From assembly GCF_000012905.2 (NCBI RefSeq), contig NC_007493.2, forward strand, positions 1,560,001-1,592,000: DNA of 32,000 bases, written 5' to 3'. The position numbers were made by a program, and so were the translations under genes. The DNA comes from Cereibacter sphaeroides 2.4.1 (lineage in GTDB: Bacteria; Pseudomonadota; Alphaproteobacteria; Rhodobacterales; Rhodobacteraceae). The notes beneath the pieces were generated by a model. That model was not told the DNA's origin. It was given only the letters and a program-made list of their open reading frames with translations, and searched no databases. This document shows, one piece after another, positions 17,886 to 27,249 of the stretch. Each line of letters opens with the position of its first letter. Position 1 is the stretch's first letter.

Positions 17886-20029
17886 TGCGCTTTTTGCGGA
17901 CTCTGCTTCTGTCTGCCACCATCCTCGCGCCGCTGCCCGCGGCCGCGCAGGAGAAGGCCACGCTCGTAGCCGACAGCGTGTCGATTGCGAACGACACCAC
18001 ACTGGTGGCCGAGGGCCATGTCGAGGTGCTCTATCAGGGCACGCGCCTCAGTGCGACGCGCGTGCTCTACGATCAGGCGGCGGACCGGCTGACCATCGAC
18101 GGGCCCATCGTGCTCGACAACGGCGAGGGCCAGATCGTGCTGGCCGATCAGGCAGCGCTGTCGGGCGATCTGGCCAACGGGGTCCTGACCAGCGCCCGGC
18201 TGGTGCTCGACCAGCAGCTTCAGCTGGCCTCCTCCGAGCTTGCGCGGGTGGGCAACCGCTACACGGCCCTCGGCCGCACCGTCGCCTCCTCCTGCCAGAT
18301 CTGCGCGGACAATCCGGTGCCGCTCTGGGAAGTGCGCGCCAGCCGCGTGGTCCACGACACGCAGGAGCGGCAGATCTATTTCGACAATGCCTCGCTGCGC
18401 ATCGCCGGGGTCCCGGTGGCCTACCTCCCGCGGCTGCGCATCGCGGATGCGACGCTCGACCGGGCCACGGGCTTCCTGCGTCCCGAGCTGCGCACCACGA
18501 GCCAGCTCGGCACCGGCGTGCTCGCGCCCTACTTCATCAAGCTCGGCGACAGCCGCGACCTGACGCTCCTGCCCCAGATCACCACCAAGGGCGGCCGCTC
18601 GCTCGGCGCGCGCTACCGCGAGGCCTTCTCCTTCGGAGCCATCGAGGCGGAAGGTGCGGTCTCGCGCGACGAGATCCTGCCCGACGACCGGCGGGGCTAT
18701 CTCTTCGCGCGCGGCGCCTTCGACCTGCCGCGCGATTTCACGCTGGCCTTCCAGATCGAGGAGGTGAGCGACCGGGCCTATTATCTCGACTATGGCCTCG
18801 GCGAGAAGGACCGTCTCGCCTCCGGCTTTCAGGTCGATCGGGCGCGGCGGAACGAGTACATCTCGGGGCGCATCCTGAAATTCCGCACGCTGCGCGAGGA
18901 TGAGGACAACGATACGATCCCCTCCCTCGTGGCGGACGCGACCTTCCACCGACGCTTCGGCTTCGGACCGCTCGGCGGCGAGGGCGGGATCCGCTTCTCG
19001 ACCCACAGCCACCGGCGCGACTCGACCGATCCGCTCGACAGCGACCTCGACGCCGATACGATCGCCGACGGACGCGACATGTCGCGGGCCTCGGTGCTGG
19101 TGGACTGGCGCCGCAACTGGATGCTCGGCGGCGGGATCCTCGGCTCGGCGCTGGCCGAGATCGGCGCCGACGCCTACGACATCTCGCAGGACGCCGCCTG
19201 GGAAGGCTCGGACACGCGGATCCATGGCGCCGGCGGCATCGAGCTGCGCTGGCCCTGGGTGCGCAGCAGCGCGAGCGGCGCCAGCGACGTGATCCAGCCG
19301 GTGCTGCAGGCGGTCTGGGCCGATACATCCGGCGACCGCATCCCGAACGAGGATTCGGTCCTGGTGGAATTCGACGAAGGCAGCCTCTTCTCGCTCGACC
19401 GATTCCCCGGCTCGGACGCGGTCGAGGACGGCGGGCGCGCGGCCATCGGCGTGAACTGGACGCGCTACGATCCGGCAGGCTGGTCGCTGGGCGCCACCCT
19501 CGGTCAGGTGATCTGGCAGGAGGAGGATCCCGGCTTCTCCGAGGCCTCCGGCTTCGACGGCAATCAGTCGGACTGGCTGGCCGCGCTGCAGCTGTCGCTG
19601 CAGAACGGGCTCACCCTCACCCAGCGCACCATCGTCGACAAGGACTTCGGCGTGACCAAGGCCGAATGGCAGATCGACCTCGACCGCGACCGCTACGGCA
19701 TCACCTCGCGCTATGTCCGCATCCGCGAGAGCACCGAGGAGGCGCGGCCGGATCCGGTCGAGGAACTGACGCTCGACACGCGCTACCGGCTGACCGACGC
19801 CTGGACCGCAAACGCCGAGGGCCGCTACGATTTCGAGGCCGACCGCACGGCGCGGGCCGGGGTCGGGCTCGAGTTCCGGAACGAGTGTCTGAAGGTGGAT
19901 CTTTCCCTCTCGCGTCGGTTCACTTCCTCGACTAGTGTGACGCCGAGCACGGATTTCGGCCTGTCGGTCGATCTCATCGGCTTCGGCAGCGGAGCGACCC
20001 CTGGCCCGTCGCGGGTCTGCCGCAGGTGA
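17885..20029 (+). CDS. lptD: LPS-assembly outer-membrane protein LptD
   Basis: 714 aa with signal peptide MRFLRTLLLSATILAPLPAAAQ, an OstA-like N-terminal domain and a beta-barrel-type C-terminal region. The start overlaps the lptG stop by 1 nt. Confidence 0.9.
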   Translation: MRFLRTLLLSATILAPLPAAAQEKATLVADSVSIANDTTLVAEGHVEVLYQGTRLSATRVLYDQAADRLTIDGPIVLDNGEGQIVLADQAALSGDLANGVLTSARLVLDQQLQLASSELARVGNRYTALGRTVASSCQICADNPVPLWEVRASRVVHDTQERQIYFDNASLRIAGVPVAYLPRLRIADATLDRATGFLRPELRTTSQLGTGVLAPYFIKLGDSRDLTLLPQITTKGGRSLGARYREAFSFGAIEAEGAVSRDEILPDDRRGYLFARGAFDLPRDFTLAFQIEEVSDRAYYLDYGLGEKDRLASGFQVDRARRNEYISGRILKFRTLREDEDNDTIPSLVADATFHRRFGFGPLGGEGGIRFSTHSHRRDSTDPLDSDLDADTIADGRDMSRASVLVDWRRNWMLGGGILGSALAEIGADAYDISQDAAWEGSDTRIHGAGGIELRWPWVRSSASGASDVIQPVLQAVWADTSGDRIPNEDSVLVEFDEGSLFSLDRFPGSDAVEDGGRAAIGVNWTRYDPAGWSLGATLGQVIWQEEDPGFSEASGFDGNQSDWLAALQLSLQNGLTLTQRTIVDKDFGVTKAEWQIDLDRDRYGITSRYVRIRESTEEARPDPVEELTLDTRYRLTDAWTANAEGRYDFEADRTARAGVGLEFRNECLKVDLSLSRRFTSSTSVTPSTDFGLSVDLIGFGSGATPGPSRVCRR

Positions 20030-20135
20030 GGCAGACGCACGGGACATGTCGCGCAGGCTGCCGGCAGAAGCCGGATCGTCGCGACCAAGAGCACCGAACC
20101 CTCGGGACCAAGAGCAGAAGACGGCTGACGGACAG

Positions 20136-21353
20136 ATGAAGACTTTCGTTTCCCATTGCCTCGCCCTCGTCGTGGCGGCAGGCCTGACGTTCACCAGCGC
20201 CCCCGGCGCGCTGGCCCAGAACCTGTTCGCGCCGCGTCTCGTGGTGAACGACCGGGTCATCACCAACTACGAGTTCGAGCAGCGGGTGCGCTTCCTCACC
20301 ATTCTCGGCGCGACCGGGGATGTCGAGAAGCAGGCGATGGACGCGCTTATCGAGGACAAGATCCGCTTCGATGCCGCCGAGCAGGCGGGCCTCAAGGCCA
20401 CCGAGGAGCAGATCAAGGAGGGGATGGAGGAATTCGCCGGCCGCGCGAACCTTTCGGCCGAGCAGTTCGCCGCCGAGCTCGGCAAGGCGGGCGTCGCGGT
20501 CGAGACCTTCCGCGACTTCGTCCATGCGGGCCTGATCTGGCGCGAGCTGATGCGGGCCAAGTTCGGCGCCGTCGCCCGCCCGACCGAGACGGCCATCGAC
20601 CGCGCCATCACGCGCCAGACCAGCCGCGCCTCGATCCGGCTCCTGCTCTCCGAGATCATCATTCCGGCCCCGCCCGGGCAGGAAGCCGAGGCGCAGGCGC
20701 TGGCGGCCGAGATCCGCCGCAACGTGCGCGGCGAGGGCGCCTTCGCCGAGGCCGCGCGGACCTATTCCGCCTCCTCTTCCGCCGAACGTGGCGGGCGCAT
20801 CGACTGGGTGCCGCTGCAGAACCTGCCGCCGACCCTCGGGCCGATGCTGCTTACGCTCTCGCCCGGTCAGGTGAGCGACCCGGTGAAGATCCCGAACGCG
20901 GTCGCGCTGTTCCAGCTGCGCGGCCGGGACGAATCCAGCGCCCCCCCGCCCGAGGGCATCGAGCTCGAATATGCCGAGCTCTTCCTGCCCAACGACGCGG
21001 AGTTCGCGGCCGAGCTCGGCCGGATCACCTCGCGGGCGGACGATTGCGACGACCTCTATACGGTGATGAAGGGCGCGACGGAGCAGCAGCTGCGCCGCAC
21101 CACCCTGCCGCTGGCGCAGGTGCCGCAGGATGTCGCGCTGGAGCTGGCCGGCCTCGATGCAGGTGAGGTTTCGAGCTCGGCCCTGCCCGGGGACACGCGC
21201 CGGGTGCTGATGCTCTGCGCGCGCCGTCCGGTCTCGGCCGAACCCATCGACCGCGGCCGGCTGGCGCAGGCGCTGGCGAACCAGTCGATCTCGGCCTCGG
21301 CCGACGCCTACATGGCCGATCTGCGCGCCAACGCGATCATCCGCCAGCCGTGA
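20136..21353 (+). CDS. surA: SurA-family periplasmic chaperone / peptidyl-prolyl isomerase
   Basis: 405 aa from [28 protein letters not shown] (signal peptide). It has a SurA N-domain and a parvulin-like segment, and lies in the conserved lptD-surA-pdxA-rsmA order. The start is chosen on the signal peptide because the SD is weak. Confidence 0.85.
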   Translation: MKTFVSHCLALVVAAGLTFTSAPGALAQNLFAPRLVVNDRVITNYEFEQRVRFLTILGATGDVEKQAMDALIEDKIRFDAAEQAGLKATEEQIKEGMEEFAGRANLSAEQFAAELGKAGVAVETFRDFVHAGLIWRELMRAKFGAVARPTETAIDRAITRQTSRASIRLLLSEIIIPAPPGQEAEAQALAAEIRRNVRGEGAFAEAARTYSASSSAERGGRIDWVPLQNLPPTLGPMLLTLSPGQVSDPVKIPNAVALFQLRGRDESSAPPPEGIELEYAELFLPNDAEFAAELGRITSRADDCDDLYTVMKGATEQQLRRTTLPLAQVPQDVALELAGLDAGEVSSSALPGDTRRVLMLCARRPVSAEPIDRGRLAQALANQSISASADAYMADLRANAIIRQP

Positions 21354-22318
21354 TCGCGCCGATCGCCCTCACCTGCGGCGAGCCCGCGGGCATCGGCCCC
21401 GAGATTGCCGTCAAGGCCCGGCAGGCGCTGGGGAAGCGGCTGCCCTTCTTCTGGATCGGCGATCCGGCGCACCTGCCCGAGGGCAGCGCATGGCAGGGGA
21501 TCACGGCGCCCTTCGAAGCGGCCGAGGTTCCGGCCGAGGCGTTGCCCGTGCTTTTGCACCGCTTTCCCGACCCGCAGCCGCCGGGGCAGCCCACGCCCGG
21601 CAATGCGGCCGAGGTGGTGGCGGTCATCGCCCGCGCGGTCTCGCTCGTCCAGTCCGGGGCGGCCTCGGCGATCTGCACCTCGCCCATCCACAAGAAGGCG
21701 CTGAAGGACGGCGCGGGCTTTGCCTTTCCCGGCCACACGGAGTTCCTCGCCTCGCTCGCGGGCGTGGATCAGGTGGTGATGATGCTGGCCTGCCCGGGGC
21801 TGCGTGTCGTGCCCGCGACGATCCACATCCCCCTGGCCGAGGTGCCCGCGACCCTGACGCAGGAGCTGCTCGACAGTGTGCTCTCCATCACCGACGCGGC
21901 GCTTCGCCGGGACTTCGGCATCGCCGCGCCCCGGATCTGGGTGACGGGGCTCAATCCCCATGCCGGAGAGGGCGGGGCCATGGGCGCCGAGGATGCGGCG
22001 GTGATCGCTCCGGTGATCGAGCGGCTGCGGGCCAAAGGGCTGCGGCTGACCGGGCCGCTGCCCGCGGACACGATGTTTCACGGAGGCGCCCGGGCGCGCT
22101 ACGACTGCGCGGTGGCCATGTATCACGATCAGGCGCTGATCCCGATCAAGACCATCGATTTCGCGGGCGGGGTGAATGTGACGCTGGGCCTGCCCTTCAT
22201 CCGCACCTCGCCCGATCACGGCACGGCCTTCGACATCGCGGGCAAGGGCGTGGCCGATCCGTCGAGCCTCGTCGCGGCGCTCGAGATGGCTTCGGAGATG
22301 GCGCAGGCGCGCGGCTGA
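21350..22318 (+). CDS. pdxA: 4-hydroxythreonine-4-phosphate dehydrogenase
   Basis: 322 aa with the blocks [22 protein letters not shown] and [19 protein letters not shown]. The GTG start overlaps the surA stop. Confidence 0.93.
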   Translation: MIAPIALTCGEPAGIGPEIAVKARQALGKRLPFFWIGDPAHLPEGSAWQGITAPFEAAEVPAEALPVLLHRFPDPQPPGQPTPGNAAEVVAVIARAVSLVQSGAASAICTSPIHKKALKDGAGFAFPGHTEFLASLAGVDQVVMMLACPGLRVVPATIHIPLAEVPATLTQELLDSVLSITDAALRRDFGIAAPRIWVTGLNPHAGEGGAMGAEDAAVIAPVIERLRAKGLRLTGPLPADTMFHGGARARYDCAVAMYHDQALIPIKTIDFAGGVNVTLGLPFIRTSPDHGTAFDIAGKGVADPSSLVAALEMASEMAQARG

Positions 22319-22395
22319 TAGCCCGCCGCGGGGGTTTTGCACCCCCGCACCCCCGCAGGATATTTGGACAGAGTGAAAGAGGCGGAGGGCTGACA

Positions 22396-23232
22396 TTGGC
22401 CTCGATTGACGGACTGCCGCCCCTGCGCGAGGTGATCCGGGCGCACGGGCTTTCGGCGAAGAAGCAGCTCGGGCAGAACTTCCTGCTCGACCTGAACCTC
22501 ACGGCGAAGATCGCGCGGCTGGCGGGCGACCTGACGAATTCGGACGTGCTCGAGGTCGGCCCCGGGCCGGGCGGTCTTACCCGCGGGCTGCTGGCCGAGG
22601 GGGCGCGGCGCGTGCTTGCCATCGAGAAGGACGCGCGCTGCCTGCCCGCTCTGGCCGAGGTCGCCGCCGCCTGGCCCGGGCGGCTCGAGGTGCTGAATGC
22701 CGATGCGCTCGAGGTGGATGTCGCGGCGCGGCTCACGCCGCCGATCCGGATCGTGGCGAACCTGCCCTATAATGTGGGCACCGAGCTTCTGACGCGCTGG
22801 CTCTCGTCGGACTGGCCGCCCTTCTGGGAGAGCCTGACACTGATGTTCCAGAAGGAGGTGGCCGAGCGGATCGTGGCGAAGCCCGGCTCCAAGGCCTATG
22901 GTCGGCTCGCGCTGCTGTCGCAATGGCGGACCGATCCGAAGATCGTGCTGACGCTGCCGCCCGATGCCTTCACCCCGCCGCCCTCGATCCATTCGGCCGT
23001 GGTCCATTTCACCCGGCTCGAAGCGCCGCGCCATCCGGCCGATCCGAAGGTGCTGGCGCGGGTGACGGCGATGGCCTTCAACCAGCGGCGCAAGATGCTG
23101 CGCTCGAGCCTGAAAGGCCTGGTGCCCGATATCGAGACGGTGCTGCGCGAGGCGGGGATCGAGCCCACGCAGCGGGCCGAGGAGATCCCGCTCGAAGGCT
23201 TCTGCGCTTTGGCCCGCCGATTGGCGGGCTGA
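22396..23232 (+). CDS. rsmA: 16S rRNA (adenine1518/1519-N6)-dimethyltransferase
   Basis: About 278 aa from a TTG at 22396, with the SD GGCGGAGGG 6 nt upstream. The blocks [11 protein letters not shown], the SAM motif [12 protein letters not shown] and NLPYNVGT are present. The start codon is uncertain by a few codons. Confidence 0.9.
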   Translation: MASIDGLPPLREVIRAHGLSAKKQLGQNFLLDLNLTAKIARLAGDLTNSDVLEVGPGPGGLTRGLLAEGARRVLAIEKDARCLPALAEVAAAWPGRLEVLNADALEVDVAARLTPPIRIVANLPYNVGTELLTRWLSSDWPPFWESLTLMFQKEVAERIVAKPGSKAYGRLALLSQWRTDPKIVLTLPPDAFTPPPSIHSAVVHFTRLEAPRHPADPKVLARVTAMAFNQRRKMLRSSLKGLVPDIETVLREAGIEPTQRAEEIPLEGFCALARRLAG

Positions 23233-23676
23233 GGCCCTTTCGGCCGGTCAGTCGCGCGATCTGCTTCCTTGCCTTGCCCGTGGTCTGGCGACGGATCTCG
23301 GCGACGCTGCGGGAGAGCCGTCGCCGACCGGAGACCCGAGGCTCCGGGTGCCATGGCATGCGGCCTGCGCCGAGGGGCGGGCGGTGAGGCCTGCGGACGG
23401 CCAGCGAGGCCCGTGAGGTGATCCGGTCCGCAGGCAGCGAGTGGCCCGGAAGCCATTCGGCCACCCGATGCCTGCCCGTTGGCGGGAGCGATCGATGGTG
23501 TTGAAGGAGAAGGTCGCACCGACTGGTGCCGGTCGGCTGTCCCGCCGCTTCAGCGCGCTGCCGGAAGGGCGCGGATCCACCATGGCGGACGGGCCGCGGC
23601 CGGGCCGACGGGCCCCGCGATCCGGGGAGGCGACCTGCGGGGGGCGGCGGCGGGGCCGTGAGGCCCCGCGCCGGTG

Positions 23677-24504
23677 TCACTCGGCGGCTTCGCGCGGGCC
23701 GCTGTCGTCGGGCGAGCCGTTGCCCTCGCCCTCGCGGGCCTTGGGCTTGCGCGGGCCGCGCGGGCGGCGGGGACGCTCGGCCTTGGGCTCGGGGGCACTC
23801 TCTGCCTGCGCCCCGGCGGCCGGAGCCTCGGCCGTCCGGGCCGACTCGTCGGCGGAAGACGCCGGAGCGGCTTCGGTCACGGCTTGAGGGGCCGCCTCAG
23901 GCTGGCCCGCCGCCGGCTCGGCGGGCTGTTCGGAGCGCCGGCGCTGCGGGCGGTGCCGCGGACGGGCCTCGGGCGTTTCGACGAGGCCGGTCTCTTCCTC
24001 GGCATTCTCCGAGAGGTCGATCACGGCATGGGAGCTGTCGGACGTCTCGGGTTTAGCCGGCGGGGCGGCCTCGGGGCGCGGTTCGCGCTCGGCCCGGGGC
24101 TGGTCCTGCCGGTCCTCGCGCCGGTCGTCCCGGGGACGATCGCCGCGCTCATGGCGGTGGTTGCCGGGCTGGGACGGGCTGCCGCCCTGCCCCTGATGGC
24201 TGGCACCGCCCTGGTTCTGCTGGTGCTCGGACCGGCGGTTCTCCTGCTCGGCCGCAAGCTCGCGCTGCGCCTCGCCGAGAAGGCGGGTGTAATGTTCGGC
24301 ATGCTGCAGGAAATTCTCGGCCGCGACGCGGTCGTTCGACAGCTGGGCGTCGCGTGCGAGAAACAGATATTTCTCGATGATCTGAGCCGGCGTGCCCCGC
24401 ACCTTGCCCTCGGGACCGGAGCTGTCGAACACGCGGTTGACGATATTGCCGAGGCTACGCGGGCGGTTCGATTTCGAACGCGAGCGGGACTTGGAGGATC
24501 TCAT
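23677..24504 (-). CDS. DUF4167 domain-containing protein, a conserved alphaproteobacterial protein of unknown function
   Basis: 275 aa from MRSSKSRSRSKSNRPRSLGNIVNRVFDSSGPEGKVRGTPAQIIEKYLFLARDAQLSNDRVAAENFLQHAEHY. The C-terminal two thirds are low-complexity and rich in Q, G, R, D, E, P and A. The SD is AAGGA. The track ORF is over-extended to 24633. Confidence 0.85.
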   Translation of the reverse strand: MRSSKSRSRSKSNRPRSLGNIVNRVFDSSGPEGKVRGTPAQIIEKYLFLARDAQLSNDRVAAENFLQHAEHYTRLLGEAQRELAAEQENRRSEHQQNQGGASHQGQGGSPSQPGNHRHERGDRPRDDRREDRQDQPRAEREPRPEAAPPAKPETSDSSHAVIDLSENAEEETGLVETPEARPRHRPQRRRSEQPAEPAAGQPEAAPQAVTEAAPASSADESARTAEAPAAGAQAESAPEPKAERPRRPRGPRKPKAREGEGNGSPDDSGPREAAE

Positions 24505-24761
24505 CTTGTCCTTGTATCCAGATGAACTGGCCCTGCCGGTATGCTGCAGCCTTGCGGTGGCCGCTCCCGGTGGCTCGAATCCGATCCGGGGCATAACGTG
24601 CATTTCAGGCTTGGCCGCGCGGAGAACGATCACGGGTCACGCGGACCATCCCCTCGGCGCAGTTCCGAGTAACCATGCCGTCGGGTGGCTGGCAAGGGAA
24701 AAATGGGGAGAATCTGCGGTTTCGGCAAGAGCGCGACGAATTGACAGGGGGTTCCGGCGCC

Positions 24762-25598
24762 TCAGGCAGCGGGAAGGCGCGCAGAGACCAGCCGGTCGCG
24801 GCCGTCGAGGTCCGGCAGCACGGAGACCCGGGCCAGACCCGCGGCCTCGACGAGCCCCGCCACCGCCCGGCCCTGCGCGGCGCCGATCTCCAGCAGGAGC
24901 CGTCCGCCGGGCCGGAGATGGGCCGGGGCACCTCGGGCGATGGCGCGGTAGGCATCGAGCCCGTCGCCGCCCGGGCTGAGCGCCAGATGCGGCTCCCACA
25001 GCCGCACCTCGGGGGCGAGGGCAGCCATTTCGTCAGCGGCGATATAGGGCGGGTTCGACAGGATCAGATCCACGCGCTCGGGGACGGCCGCGAACCAGTC
25101 CGACAGGCGCAGTTCGAGCCGCGAAGCCACACCGAGGGCCGCTGCATTCTCGGCGGCCACGGCAAGGGCCGCGGGCGACAGGTCGGTCGCAATCCCGTGC
25201 GCAGCCGGCCGTTCGGCGAGGAGCGTCACCGCGATGCAGCCGGTGCCCGTGCCGAGGTCGAGGACGGTCGCGAAGGGCTCGGCCAGGGCCGCCTCGATCA
25301 GGCCCTCGGTCTCGGGGCGGGGGTCGAGCGTGTCCCGCGTCACGCGGAAGCGGCGGCCCCAGAAGAGCCGCTCGCCCACGATCTGGCCCACCGGCTGGCG
25401 GGCGGCCCGGGCCGCCAGCGCGGCTTCGAAGCGGGCGGCGGCCTCGGGCGGGAGCGGGTCGGGCAGATGCAGCGTCAGACGGGCGGGATCGATGGCCATC
25501 GCATGGGCCAGAAGGCGGCGGGCGTCGCGGGCGGCCTCGTCGATCCCGGCTGCCGCGAGGCGCGGGACGGCCGCGCGGAGCGCGTCGGCCGCCCTCAT
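24762..25598 (-). CDS. prmC: Release-factor glutamine N5-methyltransferase
   Basis: 278 aa with SAM motif [12 protein letters not shown] and catalytic NPPY (ILSNPPYI). Its start overlaps the prfA stop (ATGA). Confidence 0.92.
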   Translation of the reverse strand: MRAADALRAAVPRLAAAGIDEAARDARRLLAHAMAIDPARLTLHLPDPLPPEAAARFEAALAARAARQPVGQIVGERLFWGRRFRVTRDTLDPRPETEGLIEAALAEPFATVLDLGTGTGCIAVTLLAERPAAHGIATDLSPAALAVAAENAAALGVASRLELRLSDWFAAVPERVDLILSNPPYIAADEMAALAPEVRLWEPHLALSPGGDGLDAYRAIARGAPAHLRPGGRLLLEIGAAQGRAVAGLVEAAGLARVSVLPDLDGRDRLVSARLPAA

Positions 25599-26650
25599 GC
25601 CTCCATCTCGGCCAGACGGGCGGCCTGATCGTGGGCGGTGAGCGCCGAGATCACCTCCGAGAGATCGCCCGCCATGATCTGCGGCAGGGCATAGAGCGTG
25701 AGGTTGATCCGGTGGTCGGTCATGCGGCCTTGCGGGAAATTGTAGGTGCGGATCCGTTCGGAGCGGTCGCCCGAACCCACCTGCGCCTTGCGGTCGGCTG
25801 AGCGTGCGTCGGCCAGACGCTGGCGTTCGAGATCGTAGAGCCGGGCGCGCAGCACCTGCATGGCGATCTCGCGGTTGCGGTGCTGCGACTTCTCGGAGGA
25901 GGTGACGATGATGCCGGTGGGCAGGTGGGTGATGCGGACGGCGGAATCGGTGGTATTCACATGCTGCCCGCCGGCCCCCGAGGAGCGCATCGTGTCGATG
26001 CGGATATCGGCGGCGGGGATCTCGAGATCGACCTCCTCGGCCTCGGGCAGCACGGCCACGGTGGCGGCGGAGGTGTGGATGCGGCCCTGCGCCTCGGTCT
26101 CGGGGACACGCTGCACGCGATGGACGCCGGATTCGTATTTGAGCCGCGCGAAGGCGCCCTCGCCCTCGACGCGGGCGGTCGCCTCGCGGATGCCGCCGAG
26201 CTCGGACGGGGCGAGATCGAGCAGTTCGAACCGCCAGCCCTGCCCTTCGGCATAGCGCTGATACATGCGCAGGAGATCGCCCGCGAAGAGGGCCGCTTCC
26301 TCGCCGCCGGTGCCGGGGCGGATCTCGAGGATGGCGGGGCGCGCGTCGGCCGCGTCCTTGGGCAGGAGCGCGAGCCGCAGCGCCTGCTCCATCCCGGGGA
26401 TACGGGCCCGGAGGGCCGGAATCTCGTCCTCGGCCAGCGCCCGCATCTCGGGATCGGAGAGCATGGCCTCGGCCTCGGCCAGATCCTCGAGCGCGGTGCG
26501 GTAGGCGGAGATCTCGACCACCACCGGCTTCAGCTCGGCATATTCGCGCGAGAGCGCCGCGATCTCGGCCGGGGCGGCGCCTGCCGAGAGGCGCGCCTCG
26601 AGGAACTCGAAGCGGCGGACGATCTGGAGGAGGCGATCCATCGGCACCAT
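25595..26650 (-). CDS. prfA: Peptide chain release factor 1
   Basis: 351 aa from MVPMDRLLQ. The PxT tripeptide context ([16 protein letters not shown]) and the GGQ motif ([13 protein letters not shown]) are present. The track ORF is over-extended to 26953. An alternative ATG lies at 26641. Confidence 0.95.
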   Translation of the reverse strand: MVPMDRLLQIVRRFEFLEARLSAGAAPAEIAALSREYAELKPVVVEISAYRTALEDLAEAEAMLSDPEMRALAEDEIPALRARIPGMEQALRLALLPKDAADARPAILEIRPGTGGEEAALFAGDLLRMYQRYAEGQGWRFELLDLAPSELGGIREATARVEGEGAFARLKYESGVHRVQRVPETEAQGRIHTSAATVAVLPEAEEVDLEIPAADIRIDTMRSSGAGGQHVNTTDSAVRITHLPTGIIVTSSEKSQHRNREIAMQVLRARLYDLERQRLADARSADRKAQVGSGDRSERIRTYNFPQGRMTDHRINLTLYALPQIMAGDLSEVISALTAHDQAARLAEMEA

Positions 26651-26656
26651 GGGGGC

Positions 26657-26685
26657 GGTTTGACCTGCGGATCGGATGGGGTCAA
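26657..26685 (-). promoter_or_regulatory. Candidate prfA promoter, TTGACC-N17-CAAACC, ending 6 nt before the ATG
   Basis: The minus strand reads CTTGACC ccatccgatccgcaggt CAAACC gccccc ATG. There is no SD. The hexamers and spacing match those upstream of glgP. Confidence 0.4.
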
Positions 26686-26724
26686 GGGGGACGGGCGGCG
26701 GCGGCCCATGGCCGGCCGGAGAGC

Positions 26725-26764
26725 GGGGGGCTGTCTGCCCCCCGGCCGCCCCGGGCGGGGCGGC
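26725..26764 (-). terminator. Two adjacent GC-rich hairpins downstream of the DUF1499 gene
   Basis: The first pairs GCCGCCCC (26745-26752) with GGGGCGGC (26757-26764). The second pairs GGGGGGC (26725-26731) with GCCCCCC (26737-26743). Neither has a U-tract. Confidence 0.3.
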
Positions 26765-26796
26765 TCCCCCCGAGGATATTTGCGCCAGACTGAAGA

Positions 26797-27249
26797 TCAG
26801 GAACGCAGCCGGGCCAGCCACTCCTGGCCGCGGGCGCGGTTCACGCCGAGATCGCTCCTGCCGAAGCGCGAGCGGGCGAAGAGCGTGACGTCGGTGCCTC
26901 CGTCGTCGGTGGGGACCAGACGGACGGAGGTGAAGTCGGGGAACCCCCACCATTTCGTGCGGGTGATCCAGGTGCGGTGGAAGCCCGCGCCCGCTATTGC
27001 CTTGGTGCGGGGCCAGGCGGCGGCGATCTTTTCGAGACGCGCGGCCACCTGATCGGGCGGGAGCGCCAGATGCAGGGGCGCCACATCGCCGCCGGGGGCC
27101 GCGAGAAAGCTGTTGTCGGCGCCCCGCTCGGTCACCTGCAGCGGATCGGCGTGCCAGGCCCCGGGCTCATTCGGCGAGAAGCGCACATAGCCCACGAGGC
27201 CGCCCACGAGGACGAGGAGGACCAGAAGAAGATAGCTCATCCGTTTCAT
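26797..27249 (-). CDS. DUF1499 domain-containing protein with an N-terminal membrane anchor or signal
   Basis: 150 aa from [22 protein letters not shown]. The motif WGFPDFTSV is typical of DUF1499. The ATG overlaps the speB stop (ATGA at 27246-27249). Confidence 0.8.
   Translation of the reverse strand: MKRMSYLLLVLLVLVGGLVGYVRFSPNEPGAWHADPLQVTERGADNSFLAAPGGDVAPLHLALPPDQVAARLEKIAAAWPRTKAIAGAGFHRTWITRTKWWGFPDFTSVRLVPTDDGGTDVTLFARSRFGRSDLGVNRARGQEWLARLRS

Noticed and set aside
17564-20266. 900-aa minus-strand ORF
   Set aside because: It is antisense to lptD, with the same compositional artefact. lptD has a signal peptide and fits the conserved synteny.
23400-23480. Possible SRP (4.5S) RNA-like or B12-box-like segments in the rsmA/DUF4167 gap
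   Set aside because: The conserved SRP domain IV core (GGUCCGGAAGGAAGCAGC type) is not present. There is no downstream gene for a riboswitch to control.
24572-24582. T-loop-like GGCTCGAATCC, which suggested a tRNA or tRNA fragment upstream of the DUF4167 gene
   Set aside because: The flanks cannot form a 5-bp T-stem (GGTGG versus CCGAT), an acceptor stem or an anticodon arm. A similar GGTTCGA at about 13930 has a 6-nt loop and also fails.
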